64,000 bases of DNA from Trichosphaerium sp. ATCC 40318 (lineage: Eukaryota > Protista > Tubulinea): the NCBI GenBank assembly GCA_038496445.1, contig JALMLS010000516.1, forward strand, positions 124,001 to 188,000. The letters are read 5' to 3'. Below, piece after piece: positions 55,160 to 64,000 of the stretch (positions are counted from its first letter, which is position 1; the number at the start of each line of letters is the position of its first letter). Both the position numbers and the translations under genes were made by a program. A model generated the notes under the pieces. That model saw only the letters and a list, made by a program, of their open reading frames with translations, had not been told where the DNA came from and did not search any database.

Positions 55160-55465
55160 TCAAGCTGCTAGATCGTCTTGGGCTGCTATCAAAAAGTGAT
55201 TGCTTACAGATCCAGCTGTCCGAGCCTTCAGATGAGGTACATACTCTGCGTCTTTCATAAAATCTAAGGCTGCTTGTTTTGAAGGCCACCAAAGTATTAT
55301 GCGTAATCCTACTGTTTCTCCGCTACCCTCTATTTATTCATGTGATGCTGTTCTAGCGATATACTTTCCGCCATACTTTTCTACAATCTTGTCAGACACA
55401 GCGACGTAGTCTGGTATCCACGACTCAGTTGTAGGGGTTACATCAAGTACAGAGTAGTAAGCCAT
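55160..55465 (-). pseudogene. Bacterial-type DUF1330 gene with an in-frame TAA at codon 44
   Basis: MAYYSVLDVTPTTESWIPDYVAVSDKIVEKYGGKYIARTASHE*IEGSGETVGLRIILWWPSKQAALDFMKDAEYVPHLKARTAGSVSNHFLIAAQDDLAA. Shows the YGGKY..R / EG / xPS..AA..F....Y.....R pattern. Confidence 0.85.
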
Positions 55466-56456
55466 TTGATTCGTTTATGAAAATAATGTATTCTCATTCT
55501 GCATTCTGTTGTTTCCTTATTCTTTGAATTTGGGTCTTTTTCCGAGGAAGCACCACAGTTTTCACTTAAAGAGAGAAGCTACAACCTAAAAGAAACACAA
55601 ACTTTGTAGCTTTTTCATTCAAACTTTTGATTATTTTGGGTATCATTATCAAAGGGGCAGCATCGCTTTTGATACAGTTTCGAATTACATAATTTTTGAT
55701 ATTTACTGGATTTCGAGAATCTTTGAGACGTTTTCACTCACCTCAGACCGTCTTATACTTCAATTGCTAATTTGAACATGTAGCAAGTATTCTATACTTA
55801 TAGGTATAAAACCATTTTGCGATTCGTTCGTGCTGTGCCGAGGAAAAGTACCGACAGTCAAACCCATTTTTTTCAAAACAAACTTTTTCGAAATTCCTTC
55901 TAAACAAGCGTAAAATATACATTGTTGTGGCTTTTTTGATACTCTACAAGCAGCCTGATTACAGAAAACCTGTCCTGAAGTTGTTGTCAAACCGTAAAAA
56001 TGTTAGAAACTTCCAAAATCTACCAGAACGTTTTCTTGTGCAAAGACAAGAATCTTTTCGATGTTTGGAACTTTCGTTTGTAAACTACGTTAATGAGAGC
56101 ATCTCCTATCACCACGGAACTCAATTCCCAAACGAGAAGTAGCTTAGACTCCTGAGTAAGTACTTCTTCCTAAAAAAGTATGTCACCGTTACAGTACTTC
56201 GCTGTAACTTCTTGTCAAAACAAACAGGCTACAACAGCGTAATCTTACAACGTATTCTACCAATGGCATTTGAACACTAGTGGAACTGTTTAACCCAAAA
56301 CGGAACTACCCGCTTTATAACTCTAACTGACCCGTAATCGAGTACTCAGCGCTTGAAATTACTGATATACGCTTTCAATGCGGATTCCTAATAACTTCCG
56401 TATTCTTTTTACGAAGTACTTCTACGAAAGTCCTCAAAGTTCACAAACAACACTCA

Positions 56457-56819
56457 ATGCAACTCATCTTATCAACTCTAGTACTCTCTCTATGCTTCCT
56501 TGCAGTAGCAGAAGCTGGCCCATGGCCTGGTAGCAGGACTGTTTGCCCAGGCTTAGGAAAGACATTCTGGCAAGTACACGTCATTGTACCAAGAGCTTCA
56601 GCTGGATGGAACCCTGATATTGACTATTACACTACAATGCATTGCTACTATACCGATCAATCTGTACATGTTATCGACTTACAGGGTGTTTACGTTGAAT
56701 CTGTTGCTCCAGGAGCAAGCAATGTTTGGGCTTTTTCGCATAATTTAGATAGTTCTCGTCAAGTAAACTGGTGTACTAATAGTAGACGATCTTGTGCTGC
56801 ATGGGCTGACTTTGATTAA
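56457..56819 (+). CDS. Small secreted intronless Cys/Trp-containing protein (120 aa)
   Basis: Clear signal peptide ending AEA; four Cys in the mature part; AATAAA shortly downstream. Confidence 0.75.
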   Translation: MQLILSTLVLSLCFLAVAEAGPWPGSRTVCPGLGKTFWQVHVIVPRASAGWNPDIDYYTTMHCYYTDQSVHVIDLQGVYVESVAPGASNVWAFSHNLDSSRQVNWCTNSRRSCAAWADFD

Positions 56820-57269
56820 ACAGAACAATAATTGGAAACACAATAAACATATGAGTTTTCAACCGCCCTTCTCGCAGCACTTTATTTTGAAGCTGTCAAC
56901 AAAACTAACAGATTATTCAATTTTTTTTTCTTTGTTTTTTACAAGTTTCTGGCTTCATTGCTCCCTTTTAGAGTAACAAAAAACTCTTGGTCCGAAAATA
57001 TAATTGTCAATTAATTGTAACACCGAGTTTGTAATTTCAATGGACTTGCACTTTTTCTTTTGTTTTTTACCCAAAATTGCACAAAACGCAAGAATACGTG
57101 AAAAACAAAAGAAAAAGTGCAAGTCCAATGGTCTGGTTGATCCCTTTTCAGTTAATGAGAGTGATGTATGTACGTTCGTTCTATAAACTTTTTGAAATTG
57201 AATACGAAATATTGTACTTCCTTAATACAAACGGATACTGTTTTTTATGTACAATTGGGATAGTTTTAT

Positions 57270-58688
57270 TTAAACAGTTTCTTGTGTTTTGATTGTCGTT
57301 CTTGTGTTTGTGGTATGTATTGTTTCTTCGAAAATAAAAGGAAACACACGTCTCCGTAATGAAGGTACAAGGAGAATAATAACTAGTATTACAATTGATA
57401 CGCCTATTACACCACCACACGATAAAGCCATAACATAGCCAGGAACCTTATCTTTTGTGTGACACTTATTTCCGAAAATAATTGATAAGGAACCTTCAAC
57501 TGTCAAAATATTAGGTCTACAAACAAATAAATACCAAATAATCAACGTACAGAGTTCTATACATGCATGTGAATCTAGTACACTGAGATTTTCTACCTTT
57601 ACTTCGCATGATTCGTCAAAGTTTAGAACCGAATCAAGTTGTTCTTTTGTTCCCTTTTTGGTAATTAAATACGAAAAAAATGAGATGAAAGCTCTTCAAT
57701 TAAAAACCAAAAACGAACTTTAGCGTCCTTACGTTTACCGCACTAGTATCTATAGAAGTTCGATCATAAAATTTTGGGCATCCATCGATGTATATACGAG
57801 AATCACCATCAACCAAAATAACAGTTCCGCCAGAAAAAATAACATCGCCTGATATCCGGATAACTGAACCTGTCGCATCAAGTGTAACATTATGATAAGG
57901 AGTTACAGAGCAGAAAATATTCGTATTTGAGGTTGTAGCATTTGTGGAACAATTGAGAGTTGTAGTTAAGTCCTTACAAGAAGGTCCTTGAGAGCATAAA
58001 GGTCGACTTGAAGAATTACAAGTTGTATCAGTAAAATAGACTTTCGAAGACCAAGGATCTACAGTCTATTAGATGAAGCTTTTAAAATCGTACACATACA
58101 AGCCAACCTCATATCTAGACATTCCTCTGATAAAGGTCCGGAAGTAATGAAGCTACCAAAATTGAAGAACTTCAGAAGGAAACTGTGAGTGTCGTTTGAT
58201 GAAGATATCAAGAAAAGAGGTGTATCAGTCAAACGTGTACGACTTTTTTGCCATACATAGTCAGATAGGGCGCCATAGCAAGTTATACAGTGTATGTTTT
58301 TGTTCCAACATCTATGACAGTTGTTGTTATCTCTGGGTGGTCCCTCACGTTTTAGGTTTATCCAAAATTGTTGTGAAGGAAGTTTATCATAATCTTCCTC
58401 AGTAAGAATCTCGACCAGCGATGTATTTCTACAAGCTAAAATTTAGTACACTGCCTACACTAACGTGTAATAAAAGCAATAAAAAGGGTATTTGTGTTGA
58501 AGGAAATAAGCCACTTTAAGAAAAGTCGTCCGAGTATAAAAAAAAAAAAAGAAACGTCACCTTGATTTACAGTACTCAGCTGATTCTTCCATTGTACCTC
58601 TATCGCATTCTGAAAAAATGCCGTCAACAAACGCCACAAGGGTTATAGATACTAAAATAACTAGTAGAATAAACAAACGCGATGCCAT
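57270..58688 (-). CDS. Type I membrane protein with a C-type-lectin-like domain
   Basis: Signal peptide; TMEESAEYCKS..SLVEI...FWINLKR...YVWQ...ECLDM...DTTCNSSSRPLC; TM GGVIGVSIVILVIILLV followed by RRR. Confidence 0.7.
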
Positions 58689-58983
58689 GTGTAGGCCATA
58701 TACCGAAATATGAAGTAGGTTGACTAGCGTCATCCTGTAAAAACAAAATCAACTAAAAAAGGTTTAACAATTAAATCACGTGTCCACAGCATGTTAATAT
58801 ACACTTCTCTACGGAGGGATAGCTGTTTTATATCATGCGTACACAAAAACAATAAAACCGCGTACCTTTATATCGCACACTTCAAAAGGGAAAGAATTAC
58901 ATAAAGTTTCTCCTCTAAAAGTATTCACGTGTTGTTTTGTTTGAGGGGTTGAATGGTTTTTTACAAGTTACAATATTACAATT

Positions 58984-61900
58984 TTACACACGATGACGAT
59001 AACGTTTGCGAGGAGGAAACCTACTGATATACCTTCTATTTCGTTCTGGAGAGCGTGATCTTGAGCGACGATAGTGGCGCTTCATTATTGGGCGCCTACC
59101 ATCTGGAGATCTGCTTCTGTATCTTCGTATAGGTGACCTCGACCTTGGAGAGCGCCTTCTTGAGCCTCTATATCTTGTGTGGCCTCCGCGTGCTCGTAAA
59201 TTAGGCCTAGAGCGCGGTATATACTTTGGGTTGGGCTTTGACAAAGGACGGAAGTGTGGAGGAGGTCCTCGGCGCTCACTAGGGTGTCTTCTACGAGGGG
59301 ATCTAGCTCTTCTTGGTGGTGTTGTTCTACGCCTGTAAGGTCCTCGTCTGTTATGTTCATATAATGGAGGAGGGTCTCTATACGGAGGTGGCCGTATGGG
59401 TGGTCTATGGTATTCATTAGGCATCGGTCGTTCAAGAAGTGTTGGTGGCATATGAACATTATCATTTGGCGGAAGCAAAAGGTGTTCTGATGGAGGAGTA
59501 TGAGTCTCGCGAGGTGGCGTTTGTGTTGGTTGTAAACTAATCAAGTTTTGTTCTTGGTTTTGTGGTGGAGGTATATTCATAGGAGCTGTATCGGGTAATG
59601 GTAAATGAATAGCTTCAGAAGGTGGCTGAGTTCTAATACGACGTGTTCCATGACGGAAAAAAACTGTTGTCTCAGGATTATGTTGTGGTTCGTTTTGGTC
59701 TTGTGTAGGGAGTAGTAACGAACTTTCATCGCCTTGTATATCATCTTCCATGTTTCTTCGAAGTAGGTTTGTATCAGGGACAAAGCGTACTTGACTAAAG
59801 AAACACAAGGTAAGAAGTTTGAAATTAAAATAGAAAAAATGTAAAAAGTTTTATGTACACTTGTTCCCTGCCGGAATAGACATCCTCTTCATCACCATAT
59901 GGCATTTCCATCTCACCCTGGTCTTGATGTACTTCTATTCTGATATCCATAGGGTCGATGGGATGGTTATTGAGTTGATTATTTGGTGATTTTTTGTTGA
60001 CTAACGCGACTGCAGCATCAAATCTGTCAAGATGTCTGAAACTGTTTATATGTGTGAATACAGCTTTCTTTGGGTTTGGATGAATACTATGACATAGACT
60101 ACATAAGTAACAAGTAGTCCACATACGATTCTTATCAGCATAACCAAAATCCATCCATCCACGTTCGTAGGCGTAAAGCATATGATTCCTATTTTTTTCT
60201 TCCACATTATTCAAGTACTTTTTTATCCGCTTTTTTGTTTCTAAATCACGTGATTTTGGGTATACTTCTCTTTTGTTTGCAGTATCTATATGTAGATCTC
60301 TTCTAGAATGGCAGTGTTTATGCCAGAAGTTCTCCTTGACAGGGAAGATTCCACAAAGGTAATCAATGTAAAAAGTTTGTTTTTCGCAGATTATACGATT
60401 AACCCATCCAAGCTCTATTAGTCGCTCTGTTGTTACTTCAAAAGGTTCATCAAATTCATCTCGCTCCATGGATTCTATATCTTCTTGGTATTGTCCTTCA
60501 TCATACTGATCCATCTCAGGTGTTGTAGGTACATCTTCAAGACCTTCTAGTTTAATTCCGTCAAAACCTGTTGCTGTATCTTCTATTTCCATTTTAATAT
60601 CTGGTTTGATTTCTTCTTCACCATCAGATTCAAGTAGTTCATATACAATATCTGGAGAATCGTTTTCATCGTTCTCTTCATTATCGGATGTCAAATCAAC
60701 AATGAAAACGCCTACAACTTAAGTAATTAATGATAAGTGAGACATAAGTAAATTAGATTGTAAAACAGCATGCGAAAAAGAGTTTTGCGTCATTTAAGGC
60801 CTTTTTATGGTACTACAAAGGATACTTGTTCGATGAGTTATTATTGTCAAAAGGTCAATAAAGTACTTGGTAATCGCGGTTTATGTCAAAAAAAAAAAAG
60901 ATCATTTCAAAGAGGAAAGTTTTGTTTGTTTCAAAAAGAAGTTTATCTGCTTGATTTGAGGTGCCTTTATCGGTTTTTTCATCTTCTTTTATAACAATTG
61001 TGTCTTGTTGATGTCCTTTAATAAAAGAGTACGATGCATCAGGTTGTAGTATAGCTTCTTTGTACTCATTTGATTGTTGAACAATTTCCAAGAAGTATTT
61101 ATCTTCTACCAAGTCCCTAAAGTATAGATGCTTGTTACATACAGGACAGTACCATTTCTTAGCCTTATCGCAAACAGAAAGCCATGTGGTTAGATCAAAG
61201 CACTAAAACGAAGCAATATAAGCACAAAGAAACACAACATAAACCCATTGTGTTAAAAACTTTGGACGTACTTTAATGTGTGCACATGATTTGCCACGAC
61301 AAGGTATTTTTATTTTTAATAGACTCAAAGGGTCTATTAAAGCCATTTTACGCTCCACTTCAATCACACCAAAAGCAGAAAACGAGGCACGAACTAACAT
61401 CATTTTCAACAAAAAGTACGGCAAAAAACTTTACGATTGTTTTGGCTTAGTAATCTAACCTTGTTCTTTTGCTTCAGGTACTGTTAAAGGTGGTACCATA
61501 GATATCAGCTCAGTCGCACTTCTCTTTCTCATATATTGTATAACGCCAAAAAATCCCTTGATTATTAGAAACAGTAGAAAAACATACATACCTCTCTATG
61601 TGCTTCAACGCATTTTATAGTTATTTTGTTAAAACCTGAACAAACTTCGCTTGTTAAATGCCATGCATCCTAAATAATAGATGAGTATCAATGATAACCA
61701 ATAGTTATTGTACATGGTCTGGACCCACTGTACGACCATTCATCTTCACTCCAGACAGCCCTGAAGGCTTAACATTTTGTGTTGTTTTCTCACTATTGAC
61801 ATAACATCGAAGTAGGATTTCATCGGTATTCCTCCCATTGTGCACAAAAGAGCACGTGTGTACGCCAATCTGTGATATGTTAAAGCATACTAACGGGTTC

Positions 61901-62619
61901 TTATCGACTGGATGACGAAAAGGATCGTGTTTTTCTCCTTGAACAATCAACCGTATAATATTTAACGGAAGCTGATTTGATTGTAATGTTTTAGCTTCTA
62001 TAGCCTTCTCTCCAGTGACAGGAGGTAAGTTATACACTGGCTTACATCCGCTGTTAGCGCTGAAAGTATATTAGAGATGAGTACGAGAGCGTAAGAGTGT
62101 ATTTTGTTCGATTTTTGGATAAAATGTTAAAAAGCATTTTGTTAATTTCCTGCTTTGGATTCGTACCTGATCAGTGCAAACGCCCGAAAAACTGATCGTA
62201 AGTCTCTTTCGTCGTTATAGCCAGGGTTTCTCTTTTCGCAATACTTGTTGAGGGTTGATAGAAGAAATGATTCTAGTTTATCTACACAACTCATACGATT
62301 CATTTTAGAGCATCCACGAACAGATAACTTTCTATTTGTAAAGATTACTTATTATTCCCTGCATTTGGTGCTATATTGTTCTAAAAAGGTACTTACGACA
62401 AGCATGCGCGTAGTTCCTTTACTCTAAAGGCATTGCGGATAATAAGCTACAATTTGTCAGTTTAACTCAAGAAATGGCCTAATTAGCTAAATTATAGTCA
62501 TTTGACGCGAAAGCGGGGTGAATTGTAGAAAAAAAACTGTGACATGCCAACACTTCGTTGTAATTATATCGCTCCTTCAAGGCTTGCAGCCTAAGCTGAT
62601 GCTCTCGCCGATTTGCCAT
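58984..62619 (-). CDS. Siz/PIAS-type SP-RING SUMO E3 ligase with SIM, C2H2-like finger and RS-rich tail
   Basis: LIDPLSLLKIKIPCRGKSCAHIK|CFDLTTWL...WYCPVCNK (zf-MIZ); VFIVDLTSDNEE SIM; CSLC...H.....H; RSRSP repeats. Confidence 0.82.
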
Positions 62620-62805
62620 AACCTGGTGGCGCAGATAGCCGTTGGATGATATTATGGAATTAGAATGACTTTTTCTGGCATGTATCACTCAAGAGTTATC
62701 AAAATAATTCTCCACGCGAGTGTATCAACAACACAGCTTGCAAGAATACATTTACAACATTGTGAGAAAAATTGATGTTTATTGTAATAATTATAAGTGG
62801 GGCAT

Positions 62806-63914
62806 CTAACCTGGCATTGGGAATGTGCTTGCGAAAGCCTCAACTTCTTTTTTCAATGTCTAAGTAGAGGATGAATAAAACAACAGAGTAATTTTTTTCT
62901 CAATTTTTTTTGATTTACCTTGATAGCATCGCTTTCTTCACAACCTGCAATGAAATCGACCAATTTCTTACCTTTAGCTTTCTACAATATATGTTAATAT
63001 CCAAGCTATTTCCACACTGAAAATAATTACAAAGAGGTAACGTACTTGGATGTCAAGAGCAATTTTCAAAGCGCGATCAAGGAATCCTGCGACTTTGGTG
63101 AAATCTGCTTCTTTGAAGCCACGTGAAGTCAAAGCTGGAGTACCCAAACGAATACCCTTTGGTGATACAGCATTGGCGTCACCGTATATTGTGTTCTTGT
63201 TGGCAGTAATGTGGGCAAAGTCGAACAACTTTTCGAGTTTGGAACCAGTGATTTTATGTGGACGCAAATCCCACAAGATCAAGTGGTTGTCAGTACCTCC
63301 AGTGACAATAGCATGACCGTTATCTACTAAACCCTTTGCAAGAGACTTTGCGTTTGCTTTAACTTGCTTAGCATAATCCTTGAACTCTTGAGTGTTGACT
63401 TGTTTGAGAGCAGTGGCAATTCCAGCAATTGCATGTTCGCTAAAAAAAAATTAACTTCAAAGGCACTGTTCGAGGATCCAAAGCAAGCAAATGTGATGGA
63501 TTCACGTATGTTGATGCAATGGGTTATGAAGGAATTTTTTTACGTACTGTGGACCTCCTTGGAGACCTGGGAAAACAGCTTTGTTGATCTTTGTTTCAAA
63601 ATCATAGTTATCTTTTGATTTACCACCGATTGGTCCTTTTCTGTAAAAGATAAGGGCAGCACGTGGTCCTCTAAGAGTTTTATGTGTTGTAGTTGTAACA
63701 ATATGACAGTGTGCGAAAGGATCATCGGCTTCCTAAAACAAAACAAGTAAGATCTTTGGTGCTTTTTTTTTAATGCTAGCTCAGACAACAAACGTACCTG
63801 AGCTGCAACAAGACCACCAATATGAGCGATATCAGCCATCAAGTAAGCGCCAGCTTTGTTTGCGATTTTTCTCATAGTAGCGTAATCCCATTCTCTTGGG
63901 TAAGCAGAACCACC
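62806..63914 (-). CDS. SHMT: Serine hydroxymethyltransferase, 3' part; gene extends beyond the window end
   Basis: [80 protein letters not shown]. Confidence 0.97.
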
Positions 63915-64000
63915 CTTGTTTGTAGAGTTAGGAAAAAAAAGAAAAATGAGTAAGAAAAACGCGGTAGGCGTACTGCAATAAGCATTTTAGGCTTGAAAGC

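Noticed and set aside
55334-55336. TAA-to-Gln genetic code reassignment
   Set aside because: TAA is the terminal stop of conserved genes here (NDUFS7, peroxidase, both esterases), and conserved exons show no internal TAA.

Overview
AT-rich, gene-dense eukaryotic nuclear DNA with many short GT-AG introns (donors mostly GTAC-/GTAA-/GTGC-). It is probably a protist, and an amoebozoan-like origin is inference only. Most ORF-track entries are single exons or antisense shadows. Spliced by eye, the window holds about 27 genes. Housekeeping genes: NDUFS7, SHMT (partial), TMEM87/PTM1, RasGEF, a Siz/PIAS SP-RING ligase, a HAD phosphatase and a PH protein. Other genes: an inverted pair of carboxylesterases around an ATP-grasp gene, six F-box genes, several secreted or surface proteins, and a U3 snoRNA absent from the ORF track. 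Most notable: (1) a spliced KCTD-type BTB/response-regulator receiver fusion; (2) strong enrichment of CACGTG in introns and gene flanks, kept in otherwise diverged paralogous introns; (3) a dispersed repeat whose one copy contains about 2 kb with an intronless F-box gene and an intron-containing WD40 fragment, with Helitron-like hairpin+CTAG ends elsewhere in the window; (4) a secreted single-domain catalase-peroxidase; (5) a bacterial-type DUF1330 gene hidden by one in-frame TAA. All exon models, alignments and counts were made by eye and coordinates are approximate.
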